In this document: positions 41,201 to 56,200 of the stretch, in pieces
Layout of the letters: every line of letters starts with the position of its first letter
Position numbering within the stretch: the first letter of the stretch is position 1
Assembly (NCBI GenBank): GCA_002633005.1
Contig: NMRA01000046.1
Location: forward strand, 932,144 to 996,143
Reading direction: 5' to 3'
Source: Phoronis australis
Taxonomy: Eukaryota > Animalia > Phoronida
DNA: 64,000 bases
The notes under the pieces: model-generated
What the model was told of the DNA's origin: nothing
What the model saw: only the letters and a program-made list of their open reading frames with translations
Database searches by the model: none
Made by a program: the position numbers and the translations under genes

Positions 41201-44200
41201 TTATTTCTACTGAACTGTAAGTTTTGTAGGCTGTGTTGATAGATTAGTTAGTAAAGCTTTTGATTTGATCATTCAGGTAGCTGTATTTTGTAGGAGTTTT
41301 TCTTGTAGGCGAGCGAGTGGCTGATGCTGACCGTGAAAGAGATGCCTTCTTCCGTGTACGTGACCGTCGCTGGCTTGACTCTGCTCTGCGAGACGAAGCA
41401 GCCTTGAGGGGTCTTGACCCTGAGAAAGTGGAGGGCGGAACTACCCGCATTGATGCCACAAAGAAAGGTGCAGCCAATCAGACTCCTGTTTCTTTTGGGG
41501 AAGAACTGCAATATTGGTGTGAAAAGGTAAACAGCACAAGTGGTCAGAGATCTTAGGTTAAAAATGGTGTTGGAATTGTGTATATTCATTTTTGATCAGT
41601 TCAAGTTTAGTGCAACACTGGCTTGTGTTTTATAATAATTATGAGTTCACAAGTGTGTTTGAATTTGTATTTTGTGTTTGATGAGAAGACACTTGGCTTA
41701 GATGTTCAATACCACCGTATTCAGTATTATCTGTATACTTTTCTGCTACTGTGCAGGGATACGACACTATTCATTTGGGCTGTGCAGGGATACGACACTA
41801 TTCATTTGGGCTGTGCAGGGATACGACACTATTCATTTGGGCTGTGCAGGGATATGACACCATTCATTTGGGCTGACATTTGACTGCTGAGATATCCAAA
41901 TATACCTTGTAGAGAATTTTTGCTACAAAGGTGCAAAGTTCACAATTTGCACGGACTCCTGAGATCCTTATAAATGTTCTGGTCTCCTGATTGTCTTCAG
42001 CTCTTGTAACCGTGAAGGTTGCACATGTTCCTTTTGAGCACAGTATTGTTTCTGCAAAGTTGACTCTTGACCTTCTGTTGCAGGAGTCATCTTGTGTTCA
42101 CTTCACACATATAGCTGCTCTTTACTCAGAACTTGTGGCTATCAATAATGTGGGCCAGCTGTGTCAATGGAAGTGGTCTGATTCTGAACCATACTTTGTA
42201 CCTGAGGTAAGTGAGAGAAACTAGCAAGGGTTACAATGTGTTATTGTCATACGTTCAAACTGCTCAATTCTATTTCCAACAATGTACCTGCATTGGATTG
42301 TGTACTGACGATCAATACTTATGATCAACACCGTTACGATCAACATAGTTACGATCAACATAGTTACGATCAACATAGTTACGATCAACATAGTTACGAT
42401 CAACACAGTATGATTTTTGTTACTGTTTAAAGAAATTACAAATAAGAAGAAAAAAATTTATATTTTAAGTGAAAATGACTGTTGTTTTCTTAATTGAATT
42501 GAAGACATTAGGTTACGGTTATCGTGCATATAGTCTTTTGTGAGCCAAGTGAGTTGTCTAATTAAGTTTTAGCATCAATTTTCTCTGAGGTGATGCCATT
42601 TGAAAGAACAGGATAATTTGTTTTATTCTTCCTTATAAGCTATTGCAGATCAGTAAAATTTGTTCAGAAGTACAAAATCGGGTAATAAGGTGTTGAAAAT
42701 GGGTACACTGTTGCTAACCCAAATTTAATATTCTTATGGCTTGTTTTGCGATTGCGGCCTCTAGATTATCACTTCTATATACATTTATTTTAGTAATTAG
42801 TAAGCCTGGCTTGTGAACACTTTATAAGTTAAATCTAACAGAATTTCCTCAACTAACCTTTACATGTGTGTTAGGAAATGTTGTTTAGATACACTTATTA
42901 GTAATTCTATTGCAATATATCAATGTAATAGCCAGGTACACTTAATAGTAATTCTATTGCAATATATCAATGTAATAGCCAGGTACACTTAATAGTAATT
43001 CTATTGCAATATATCAATGTAATAGCCAGGAGTACGGTTTCTCTTTTGTAGAATGCCTCTAGCCGACACCCAAAAGCTGCTAGTCTCAATTTGGTTGGTG
43101 AGAAGATCACAGTGCTGTCAGCATGTTCAGTGCGAGCTTCAGTTTACACAGAATCGGGCAAGGTATGCTTCTGCTGCCTATGACTGTTAAAGGTTACTTC
43201 CTTTTACAAAATTCAGTTACCAGTTGTACACAAGGAAACACAATAAGGCTTTATTAGATCCAAGGATAATAGCCCCAGAAGGAGCATTTGTTAATGTTAT
43301 AAGAAAGGATATAGAAAAGTTGATACTGACTGGAGCTGAGCTGAAATACATTTAATGAGGATGAATGATGATTTTTCAGATTGCCACATGGGTTGATGAC
43401 ACATTGAACATTGTTGCTTCAAAACTGGAGCAGCCAGCCACTAGCTACCCTGAGTTTATCAGTGATAAGATCATGTCACTTCACATCTGCTCATTGTTCA
43501 CCTGTGCCAAGCTAGAGAGTGGCGCTCTCTATTGGTGGTATGTATAGCAACTTGTTACTGTTATAATATGTTTTTTGTTAAAACATATTAAACTGTTACT
43601 TGTACTGGTGGGCATTTTATTTTTGATGCTGCTCAGTCTTGTTTAAACATTTCAACATACATCAAAAACAACTTTTTGGGAACATATTTGTAACTATGTA
43701 TTTCAAGACAATACGGAAATCATCTATCTGCTTAAGGTTTGTTGTGATGACAAGTTGCATAGCTGTGACTTCATATTATTTTTAAGGGGCATCATGCCAT
43801 TTGAACAGAGGAAGAAGATCCTGGAGCGAGTGCGCGCCAAGACACGGAGGGGGAGGGATAAAGGAGGCAGCACAGATATAATGGCTGGACAACTGGTTAG
43901 TAGCGTGTTAACGTGAAAAATGAACAACATAGATGTTTTGGCTGTTTACCTTTTTGATTTTTGTGTCAGACTGGCAATTAGCATGAGCTGTCATAGTTAT
44001 GGATGTCAGACTTGGCTTTTGAGAATCAGTTTATTGGGTTGGAAGGGCTTAACGTTGGTCTATGATGCAGTGGCCATGCTGTTAAGGGCTTAACGTTGGT
44101 CTATGATGCATTGGCCATGCTGTTAAGGGCTTAACGTTGGTCTATGATGCATTGGCCATGCTGTTAAGGGCTTAACGTTGGTCTATGATGCAGTGGCCAT

Positions 44201-47200
44201 GCTGTTGTTATGTGGGAGCAAGATCTGTGGCTAATAGAACTCTTCTTGTCTCACTTGTGACATACTGTAGAGTGCATTTGCATCAAAGGTCTTTAAACTG
44301 GTGTTAACCATTAATGTAAGTGTTTGTCGTTGTCATTCATTTAATCAGTTCTGTTACATCAAAATGAAATTTTGTTCCCAAACATTAAAACTTGTGTATA
44401 AACCTCTGACTGTATTAGTTGTTAGTTGTATCCTTTTCCCTTAATTTTGGATTGTTATTCCAGTACATAACCAGAGGTTAATTATTAAATCAGGTGTCTT
44501 ATTTTGCCAGGTGTGTATGAGGAGCACACCCATGTACAACGTAGGTGCTCTAGCCTTCAACCCCTGCTCTGATGGTGTTCCCAAGGTTGGGCAGTTAATG
44601 GAGGCTGCCTGGTCTTTAGTGGAGACCAAACAGTTCAAGATACGTACTACTCTCAGGTAGGCTGCTGCTATCTCATTCTACTGTGGTGATAAGACATATG
44701 TTGAGTTCCTGGTGTAGATGACAGAGCTGAATCATTACCTCAGTAAGACCAGAGTCTTGTTAAATTGTCAACAGTTTGCATGAAAAGATTGTTAATAGCA
44801 AATGCCATTTTCTGCTTTAAGAGAGAGTGTGATGTCAAAACACACAACTTGAATTATTTGCAGTAGATTATAACGGATCCTTCTGTGACTGTAAAACATT
44901 TGTTGTAGCCAAAGTTGACCAAATTCACTTGTTTACAATGACGCGCTATAATTGAGCCAACATTATAAACCAGATCTGTTATAATATGGTTGTGAGAATG
45001 TATCTGTGGATGTGTGTACTGCACTTTTAACAGTCTGTCTTTTCACTTGATATTAATCATTAAAATCATTTGGTAATTGTCACAAGTTAGTCATTCATTC
45101 ATTTCCAGCGAAATTCGTATTGAACCTCGGCCTGACGTGAAGCCTAGTGAAGTGACACCAGCGAGTAACACAAGTAAACCTGACATGCCCCCTCCTCCAT
45201 CCCCTGCATCATCCACGTGTAGTGACCAGAGTGGACCCATCTTGGTCAGTCCGGGATCACTTAGTAAGTAGTGATACTAAGAGTTCAACTATTGCATTAT
45301 AGCTTAGAGTATTGCTAAATAACATCTTTCCTCATTGCATTATTGCTTAGAGTATTGCTAAATAACATCTTTCCTCATTGCATTATTGCTTAGAGTATTG
45401 CGAAATAACATCTTTCCTCAAGTGTCTCTTATGGATCCCCATTTGGCCGAGAATTATTTTTTAATCTAAGTGCATTTTTTTGGTTCCTCAGGGTTTGCAG
45501 GAACTTATATGCACCTGTAAGCATACTGGACAGTTGCAGCTTTCTTGTTTATTTTGAAATTTACTGGTACTGTTAAGCAACTTAGTAACGAATGCATCTC
45601 CCTCAGAACGAAAAAAGCAAACAACACCAATCAAGGAAGTGGAGAGGAAGGAAGAGAGGAAGACTGAGGAAAACTGGTCCCTGAAGGATGTAGTGTTTGT
45701 AGAGGACATCAAGACTGTAGCTGTTGGCAAAGTGCTCAAGGTAGTTATTATACTATGTGATAGTAGTGCTAGGTAGTTATTATACTATGTGATAGTAGTG
45801 CAAGGTAGTTATTATACTATGTGATAGTAGTGCAAGGTAGTTATTATACTATGTGATAGTAGTGCAAGGTAGTTATTATACTATGTGATAGTAGTGCTAG
45901 ATAATGAAAGTCTGGCCAAGGGTCTCGTTTGAAGACTGGAGTCATGTTGCTTTCTTGTAGTTTCATATGTCAAGTCTAGTTTCACGGTCTAACTTTCTTC
46001 TATAAAAAGTGTCTACTTGTATCCAGATAATACACAATATTGACTGTATGAAGCCGCAATATAGCCATTAGCTGTTCATTCCTAATTCTCTCACTTTCGT
46101 TGAACTTTGTGACTGGGTTTTTCTGCTGTGTCTCTGTTCACTTGACTGGGTACATGTTTTGACATAAAGCTTTACATCCCGACCACAAGCCTTTAGTGCC
46201 ATTCTCCACATATCAAGTCCAAGGTCCTGATTGTACTTTCTTTCTATTCACCCTTTCTCCAGGTTGATGGTGCCTACGCTGCTGTCAAGTTCCCTATACA
46301 CGAGACAGAGCATAGTCGCGAGGATGTGTCATCGTTGCTCAACAGCTGTCGTCTCCTGCGTAAGGATGAACTGCAAGTTGTGAAGGGGAGTAGTGCGCCA
46401 AGACTCCCAGACTGTTTCCAGAGAACTCCTAAGAAGCTCGCACTAGGCGAGTGTGGTCACATACTGACTGTCACTGCTGATAATCAAGGTAGCTTTGGTT
46501 ATGGTGTTGTATGTTGTTGACAAGGCAGGTTATGAGTTATGAAATTTTGTGGATGAAGTGATTTTTTTAATCTGAGAAGTGCATGGCCAATACCTTGAAT
46601 TTATTGTTTGTTACGCAAAATGGTGTTAGCTTGGTGAAGCGGCTCAGGTGACGGTTCATTTTGCCCCCAATAGTACTTTTGTGTTTGTGTCCAGTGGTAT
46701 TTAGTGGATTAGATTGAAGTGTACTTAGATGAAGCCTTGAACTTCGTGGATTTGAACATTAAACAAGAGTAAAAAACAGTAATTCACATATTCAGTGCCC
46801 CCCAAAGTTTTCCATTACTACAATTAGTAATGGCTGATAACATGAAATCTCCTCTAGGGAGAACGTGACATTCCCCTGGTCTAACAGCCTTTTCTCTTGT
46901 GTTAGACAGATGACAACATTTTCTACCTGCCTAAGTCTGTTGGTAAACAAGAGTTCTATGGTCTTTACCCAGGTATCCACATGGTGACAGTGATAGGTAA
47001 TCAACTCAAGTATCTAGTCCATAATTTGACAACTGGCAAAGTGGACCAGGAGCACATCTTCCCTACCAACCCTACCTCCTTCATAGGACAAAGTCTGAAC
47101 AACGTCGCCTTGCATGGTGTCGGAGAGGTAACAGCCAGTTTGCTATTTCATATGTGGGTACAACAATTTGGTAGCCTACCTATAGAATGAATCAACTCTT

Positions 47201-50200
47201 GTGATATTCAAACAATGTTGATATATTTGTTAATGAAAAGTTCTACTTAGAACATTTTGTAGTTTGTGTTATTGCCGACCTTGAGAAGGCAGTGTTGCCT
47301 GGTTGATGAATGCCCGCTTTCTTTATTCAAGGTCGTGGGTTTGAGTCCCACCAGGTCACACTGCTAAACACTTGAGCCAGGTTTCTAGCTCCTCAGCTCG
47401 GTTTTAACTATACAATAATAAAGCATAAAAATAGTTCAGGTGAGCAGTGCAATGGGCCCACATGCGAGGCCTGCGCACATCTGGTACAATGTGTATCAGA
47501 CTGCCTGCAATTTTTTTTTGTGTATTGCCAACCTTTGACTTTGAATAACAGTATTGTTTTTTTTTTGTAGTGAACATTTTTATTGAGCATGTGGTGGTGT
47601 TAAATATAGATAAAATTTTTGCTTTCAAAAAATCAAATTTAAAATGCTTAAAATCATCAATTTCAAATGAAAAATAAAATACCATAAAACAACCCCACCA
47701 GTCGATCGGGTGAACACTGTAGAACACCTACAATTACTCTCTGCCGATATGTTTATTAGAGAGTTATGAGGATTTACTGGTCGATCCATGCAACATGCTA
47801 CGCAAAATTGGAACAACAAATCACAACACTTTCGTCATACTTCATTGTGTTTAGTCGTCAGATACTGCAGCTCGTTTTGCCGGGGTTTATGGTATAATAA
47901 GGAATGGCGAAGCGTTGTGTTTGTGGTGGTTGTTACGACTTAATATTTGATCATGATGTGGCTATTTTCACTTTTGCGGAACATCGGTACAAGTTTGTAC
48001 ATGCAACTCATCAGGCACTGAGTCGTTCATATGTCACACTCGTGTCCATGGAGCTGAAAAACTTTCAAATGAATTGGCTTTTCTTTTTTTTCTCATTTTT
48101 TTGGTTACTGAATCCACGATTGTGGTATGCAGGGCTATAGGACTATAAAGCAAGGTTCAATGATGGTGTCGATGTAGTCACTTGTCAAAACAAGGTGCTT
48201 TTAAGCACTTTAAGGAGTTGTTGTCGTACATGCTAATATGTTTTTGCACTTGCTTCTTCAGAAAACTTTCTGTTTTTAGGATTCTCCCATCATTTTGCGT
48301 GACGGTAATGGTGCTATTTATCCATTGGCAAAGAACTCTTCTAATGGTATTCGTGATCCAATTTGGCTGAACCTACCCCCTGTCAAATGCCTGTCTGTGT
48401 CCAACTGTAGTCTACCGCCCAATGCAGCGAGGAACAAAGTGGCTCTCATCATCATAGCATTCAAGGTAACATGTTGTGATAAGACTACAGCTGTTTTTTA
48501 GCCTTGGAATGAGAACAGAGTTCTAGTATCCACATATTGCAATGTGTAGGCACTAGCCATATTTAAAATCAGTTCAATCCCTAGTCTATCATTTGCCCAT
48601 TACAAGATCTAAGAGAAAGGGCATGACAAAACTTTAAAGCAATCACAAACATCATTACACAGATGCACATAGAGAATGACTGAGGACTGGCCTGTTAAAC
48701 TAAAATTAACTTTTACTCTCATGGAATCCGTATACTAATATTCCTTAGGATTCTATTTCTGCTACCAAGAAGAACATGGAAACCAGCAGCGGCTCAAGAA
48801 AATGCTTCAGACTTTTATTAAGGATGGCCAACCTTAAAATAGGGAATTCCAAGAAAATGTCGGATGTAGGCATTGCTGTGATTTGAGTTGTTACAGTAAA
48901 GGGCCTGATTCAATTGTCATGTTTTACTCAACTGGGCAAAATGCAGCATCATCAGCAAACTTAAGCAAAATGTCTGACTGTGGAGATGTATAAATATGCA
49001 AATAGGAGGTTTTGTCATCACCTTTCTATTAATGCTAAGGCCAAAACTGATATTGTGAAATAGTAGGACCTTATAAGACCTTATAATGAGACTACTACTG
49101 AAAGTCAGAATGAGCCAAGTCAGTTGGTAGTAATGTTCCAATTTGCTAAAAGCATCTAAAATATTACATCTTGGGCACAGCAATGTGTGTGTCATGTCAA
49201 GGTCAAGCCGCTGTTCTAAACCTTAGTTATGAATATTCAGTGTCCATTGGATAAAAATACTCATGAAGTATACTGCAGCTTTAATCTTTCCCTTGCCAGT
49301 ATAATACATGTGCCATGAAGTTGTGCCTTACACCATCAGTCTGCACTGTCTCTTCTCTAGTCGCAGTCACTGATACCACATTTATTGCGCTATGACATTG
49401 GCCAAGCCAAGCAACTGTTGGACAATATCACCAATGACCCTGATGGAGCGTCCAGAGACGTCCAGATAGAGGCTCTGTTAGCTGAGAGGTGTGACGGTGG
49501 CCGTAACATAATACACACCTGTGTAGCCATGTCGTTCCCTCAGTCTAACAAGGATAATGATCAAGGTAAGTACTCTTATGTATTGGCTGCTGCTGGTTGA
49601 TGTTAGACTATAAGGTTAAGCTTATGGCGAAATGAATTTCCTGTCACGTGAAGAAGATGATGATGCCTTCTCATTTTTGGGTGGATTTGTTGTATTCTAC
49701 ACCACTCTGTGGCCCTCTAAAATTTTTTTGAGTACATTTTTGTCATCACCCTCTCCATCCACCAAACTGCTTGAAGGATCATTATCAAAATTTGGAGATA
49801 TGTTTCTGATGAGAAGATCGAGGCTGATGTTGAATTTCGGAGATGTTCATGTACTCTGGCCCCCCTAGTGGCAATTTTATTTTTTTTTGCAATTTTCTTT
49901 TTTTTTGCATCTAAGGCTGTATCTTTCTGAAATTCAGCAGATGTGTTCCTATGAAGATGGCAACAGCTGCCAGCCAGTTTCAAACCAATCCAAGTGCAGC
50001 TGTGATCTCTAGTGGCAATACATTTGCCTCTGTAACAGAGTTCTTTGACGCTTTTTCATGAAATTGGGCAAACAAACCTCTATTACGAAGACGACAGCAT
50101 CTTTCCTTTTTGTGATGGATTTGACATACTTGGCACCAACTAGTGGCCATTTCAATTATTTTTTGTCTGTTTTTTTTGTGGTTTGCTTCTGTATCTGTAG

Positions 50201-53200
50201 TGACGTTTTTTCGCCTCTGCAGGTGTACCTGTTAAACCCCTTGCAAGATGTTTTTGAAATTTGGCAGTTGTATTTCTGTCAACTTTACAGCAGATGAATG
50301 GATTCATCTACTGCTGTGGTTTTTAATGGGAGTTTTGTTTTCATGTTTGCCTTTGTATTGTTGGAGTTCTTATGATACAAATAAACACCTGTAGAAGCAC
50401 ACCTTTGTATTGTTGGAGTTCTTTGATGGATTTAAATAAAATTTGGCAAATAATTTTGAAAGGCGGCGCCACCTTCCTATTTTTTGGATGCGTTCAGTGT
50501 ATTCTGAGCCATCGAATGGCCATTTTTATGATACAAATAAACACCCCAAGAAGCACACCGTTTGCAGTGCACTTGCTCCGTGTTGCTCTTGTGTTTTAGT
50601 GAATAATTGTGTTTTTACCAGGTTTGTGTGAATGATCCCTGTTACAGAAATATAAACGTAAATAAACCAGTTTTCAGTTATTCTGATCTAAATTAATATC
50701 TATTTACATATTTACAAATATGACAACAAATTACGCAAAGCTTGGGACGAAGACAGTCGAACATCAGCACCAACAGTCCAAAACTTGAAACTTGCGGCAT
50801 CTTCAGTCTTCATGAGTTCATCACCAAAGCGTCACGCGTTCCATTGACTCCACCAGTCCACCAAAATAATGCAGTCAAGTTCCATTCACAAGACGCTGCT
50901 GTCTGTGCCGTAGCAATCCCAAGACGCTTTTGTGTATTAGTTTTGACCTGTCATTATTGTTGATAACTCCACCCACCATGTACATTCTCCTTCTCCATTG
51001 GTCCACTGTCAAGACAGTGATCTATTCAATATTACTTTGTGCAGACAACAGTGGCAGTTCCTCAAGTGGACATTCCTCAGCAGCACTTGAAGCATTTAAT
51101 GCAGTCAGCAATGCAGTCGACACATTCTCACTGATGCAGGGCCGCAGTGGCAGTGCTGAAGCCTCAGAGAGGCTCATGGCCAGAAGGTTAGTGAAGTAAG
51201 CAGCTTTTAATATACTTTTATTATGCACCCACATATACATGTGTGGGTGTATAGTCTCATCATTCCATGAACAAACATTGGATGTATGACTTGTCTGGCT
51301 ACACCTCCTACTTGAAAGAGTTTTTTAAATCAATTTTACATCTAATTTTTGCAGAGGAAATAACACCACCTGTAATCCCAACTAATATTGTGGCACTTGT
51401 GAGAATTTAATTTTTTGCCTTTGTCTCTTAATTACCAAACCTCGCATAAGTTCTTGGTCATACCTAGCACATACATTTGTGTCAACATGCGTGACACTTG
51501 ACAATGTTCTGCTCCTCTATCTACCACGCTTCATGAAGGAACTGGATTTATGCTGTGCCTCTGAGAGACATTTTTTGTACTGGTCTCTTTCCCTGTCAAA
51601 CATCGTGCTTGTCATTTGTGGCGTATTGCAGATATTGTGTTATAAACAAGTGGTTACCATGCAACACATTATGTTATGAACAAGTGGTCACCATGCAACA
51701 CATTATGTTATGAACAAGTGATCACCATGCAACACATTATGTTATGAACAAGTGATCACCATGCAACACATTATGTTATGAACAAGTGGTTAGTATACAC
51801 GCTTGGTACTACACTGCCTTATTTTTTCATTTTTGATTACTCTTGAAAATTTTTTTAAAGCCATTCAGTAGATTGGAAAACTTTCTGAATTGGCTATTGA
51901 GTGTCTGTGGTGGCCAAATTAATTATTTAGTCTAATTTTACTGCATTAGAGTAGTAAATAACCCTTGTAGCGTACCACTGTGCACTGTTGTGGGAGCATA
52001 TTAATGTATTGCATTGTTCTTCTGTATCTTAATGAAATCAGCACCATTTGAAATGCTGTAGTGAATTAAGCAGCATGTATGCAGCTTTTATGCACCAGAA
52101 CATTTTGTTCTTTAAGGCTTTGAATCCAGTTTCCATTTAGTCTTTGTGAAGTGTTGAAAATTATATTATAGCTCAAAAATTCATTAATGTGGTGTTCAAT
52201 TTATTGCACGCTTATTGCTCTTACCATTGACTGTAAGGAAGGATGAGAAGTATTGTGACCGCCCGCTGTGTCTCATTTCTAAGAAAAATTTGTTATATTT
52301 GTGTGGCAGAAACACGTTGTTGACAGAGATTCAGGTAAGAAATTTTGGTGGTTTAGTAATTTCGAAAAATTTTAGTAAAGTGTTAAGTCTGATTTTTGTC
52401 TTCAATGTTATGGTGATGTGTGGTCTTACATCCATATGTCTCACAATTTAAGTTTTCATACATCCATATTTCAAATTGTGGAGGATTTTAGCCCAAAACA
52501 ATCGTCTGTTTTCTAGGAACTCAGTAACTCTTTTCTGTGTGTGTGTGTGTGTGTTAAGTGGTCTGATTTGTTAATCTCTACAATGTCTGTTGTAGTCTTC
52601 GTGAGATGATGAGACGTGCCACGTCTGCTGCTCGTAATGTGAGTGGATTGGACCCAAGAGATCCTGATGAAGCGAGCTCTCTTAACTGGCCTCTGGACCT
52701 ACTGGAAAGTAACAGATCTGGAACTTCACGTAAGCACACATCATTATCTTTTGACGTTCAACTCGGTGTCACTTATTTTTGATTACTTTGTATTTTCTGT
52801 TGAGTTTGGTTACTTAAGTTGTGAGTGTCTGCAAGTCAAGAGGAGTTGGCTTTAATAATGCTTTGTTAAGATACTCGAAATATTTCACAGTTATTTTCTT
52901 ATAAGTCTTCTCTGTTTTGGTTCTACAAAAATAGAAACAAAACTACATAGCAAAAATTTCATAATTTACACAAAAATGCAAATTCAAAAATACCGTAATA
53001 GCAAATAAAATCACCTCAATAATGCAGCTCTCATCCTCTCCTCTCTAAAGCCAAATGTACACTGCCCACCCGAGTGTGTAGAAAACAAGTCAGCACACAC
53101 ACCAGTACATACACAAATGTGAGTCATGTGATATGCAAATCTCATTCAGCCTTCAAACAGCTATGAATAAACACGTGGATATGAGGCTCACTGAGTTAAC

Positions 53201-56200
53201 AAACATAAAGTGTCTTACACAGAGTGTCTCATTCAAATACGACATTTCTTTCAATGCTTTAGGAAATTGGAGCTCAATCTTATGTTGTGAAGTCTGATTA
53301 TTAAAGTGTTCTTATATAAGTCATTGTGTTGAATTTTTTAAGGAGTGCCGCACAGTTGTAATTTATTATAGTCAAATTTTTTATTTTTATATTATTTTGG
53401 AGTTTGTACTTTGCCAGCTTCAAATTTGTAAAACAAACAATGTGGGGATCACTGGATTAGTTTTTCCATTTCTTCCACCTAATCAATGGTATCTTTTGTA
53501 ACAGTGTGAAATAATAAGAAAAATTTAGGTGGCCGCGATTTTCGTTGTGTGCGGGATTCTAGCTTTACAAATGAATGCACAGTTTTAACCTGTCAAACTC
53601 AAAGTAATAATTACCACGCTGCATTCCATTAGATGGCGATTATGATGTGGTTGAGATAATGATTTAAGTTTTGATGTGAACTGTCTAAAACGAGAAATTT
53701 TGTCTTATGCAAAATAGCTGTGTAAATGAAGTCACACCTAATGTCTACACTAATTGTTTGCCTATTGTTTAGTGTGATGTCACTGTGAAATTTGACCTTG
53801 CACACTAGTATCAAGATGCCAAAGTAATAAAAACTAAATATTCTTCAAACTATGTAGTCTGTTATTTGAAATACAGTCCATGCTTTTTGGCAAACAGTGT
53901 TGAACCTTTAAATTCATTGTTCTGTGAAGGGTGAGTGTTGAAGTTACTGTCAATTTAAGTAAACATAATGCACTGTGGGCTTGTTCAACTTGTGTACAAT
54001 ACAGACCAGTAATACTCAGACAAAATGGCTTGTTCAACTTGTGTACAATACAGACCAGTAATACTCAGACAAAATGGCTTGTTCAACTTGTATACAATAC
54101 AGACCAGTAATACTCAGACAAAATGGTTTGTTCAACTTGTATACAATACAGACCAGTAATACTCAGACAAAATGGCTTGTTCAACTTGTGTACAATACAG
54201 ACCAGTAATACTCAGACAAAATAACTTGGAATTCTCTTACTATGGTGACTGTGTGCTGAATTTATCGTCAGAGTAGCCTTTTCTCATCAAGAATGAGGCA
54301 GAATTGGTGGGAAAGGTAGAGAAGTGGTGAAGCCATTCTGTAATTAGAATTTTGCTGATATAAAACTCATTATCAGTCAGTTTTGCTGTAGACATAATTA
54401 AGTGGTCATGATGAGGAGGTATCTTGTCTGATATCTTTTGTCCTGTGCTGTGCTGTACATTGCCTGACTACAGTCAGCAGTTAAGAAGTCCACTATGTCT
54501 TGCTCTTGTGTGTTCCATTGCGAACATTCAGGTAATTAACTGGTTGTCATTTGGTGTATTGCAGAAGTATTGTTCAAAGAAATTGTTCTGTTTATTGTAG
54601 AAGGTGAACGCCCGAGTAGAGGTAGTTCATTCCAAAGTACTCCTGCTACATCTGGTCCCAGCCAGGAGGCGCCACTGTCTGTGAGTAGGCAGGAGGAGAG
54701 GGATCGTAGAGCTAATGGTATCCAGTTGTTGACGTTACTGTGTGAGGCGGCACTACTACAGCCTTACATGTACAAGTTACTCTGTGATCGGTGAGTCAGT
54801 TGACATCAGCTGATTTAAAATACTGACAAACTCAACACTGAATATGTGATGTTAGTAACCAGTGGATTTTTTAGAAGAAAGAACTACTTTGTTTGATTTT
54901 TCAAGAATGTTCACATTAATAGCTATAGCTACTTTGTGTGCATATTTTGCTTTTCTATATATTGGTGGTAATAATGCATTTCATAAAGCCACTTGGTATT
55001 TTACGTGGCAATGAGATAATCCCCGACCATTTCTTACATTTCATTTCATTCTATACAGGAATGCAGAGGGCCACACCCCTTCATGCAGGATGTTTGTGGC
55101 CAGTTCTATCACCCACCTGTCATTTCATTCTATACAGAAATGCAGAGGGCCACACCCCTTTCATGCAAGCTGTCTGTGACCAGTCCTATCACTCACCTGT
55201 CATTTCATTCTATACACGAATGCAGAGGGCCATACCCCCTTCATACAAGCTGTTTGTGACCAGTCCTATCACTCACCTGTCATTTCATTCTATACAGGAA
55301 TGCAGAGGGCCACACACCCTTCATGCAGGCTGTCTGTGGTCGGTCGTATCCAGCTGCTTTAGTCATCTTTGACATCGCCCGCCGCCTGGCCACACATGAG
55401 GGGACACTTGATCAGCAGATGTGGGTGAATATGATCTATCCAACAGGTTCTACGCTGGATGACTCACCCCTCATGATGTTATGTTGTAATGACACCTGTA
55501 GTTTTACGTGGACAGGTGCTGAACATATTAACCAGGTAAGTGTTGGTTGCTGATCACTGAATACTGTAATGAAGATGCTTATGTCATGGGCCATTCAGTA
55601 CTTATAACCTGGGCTAATTGATCACAGCCGCATGCAGTTACATTACTGCCAACAAGTGACCATGGTTTGCTTTAGATGAGAAATTCCAGGTTTTGGATGT
55701 TGTACTTTCAATGATTACAGGATTATGATTACCTTTGTTTGCAGGACATCTTTGAATGTAAGACGTGTGGACTGCTAGGGTCGCTGTGCTGCTGTTCTGA
55801 ATGCGCCAGGGTCTGTCACAAGGGACATGACTGCAAGTGAGTGAATATTACTATTCAACGGACTTTCAAAATGCAGACCTGTTTTCTTGTGCACAATTGC
55901 TATATTGTCTGTAATTCCAGTCATAGCTACACCATTACAGAAGGTCTTTTTCTTACTGCACAAAAATTTAATGTGGCTCATGTTATTGAAACAATAATAT
56001 TGATCATTACAAAATGTTGTTACGATATAATGAACTTTTAATCAACAGGTACAATGTTAAATCTTGTGTTTTTTTCATGAAATGAATTGTCTGATGCATT
56101 ATAAATATGAAGAGACGGCTGAACGATAATACTGCATCATGAAGTAATTGTACGATAATTTCCGTAGAATTTATCGGATGCAATCAGAATGACAAGTTTC

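Noticed and set aside
46973-46980. UBR5 exon starting GTATCCAC (U12 donor-like or recursive site)
   Set aside because: Two mismatches to RTATCCTT, it encodes the conserved G-I-H, and no U12 branch precedes the next acceptor.
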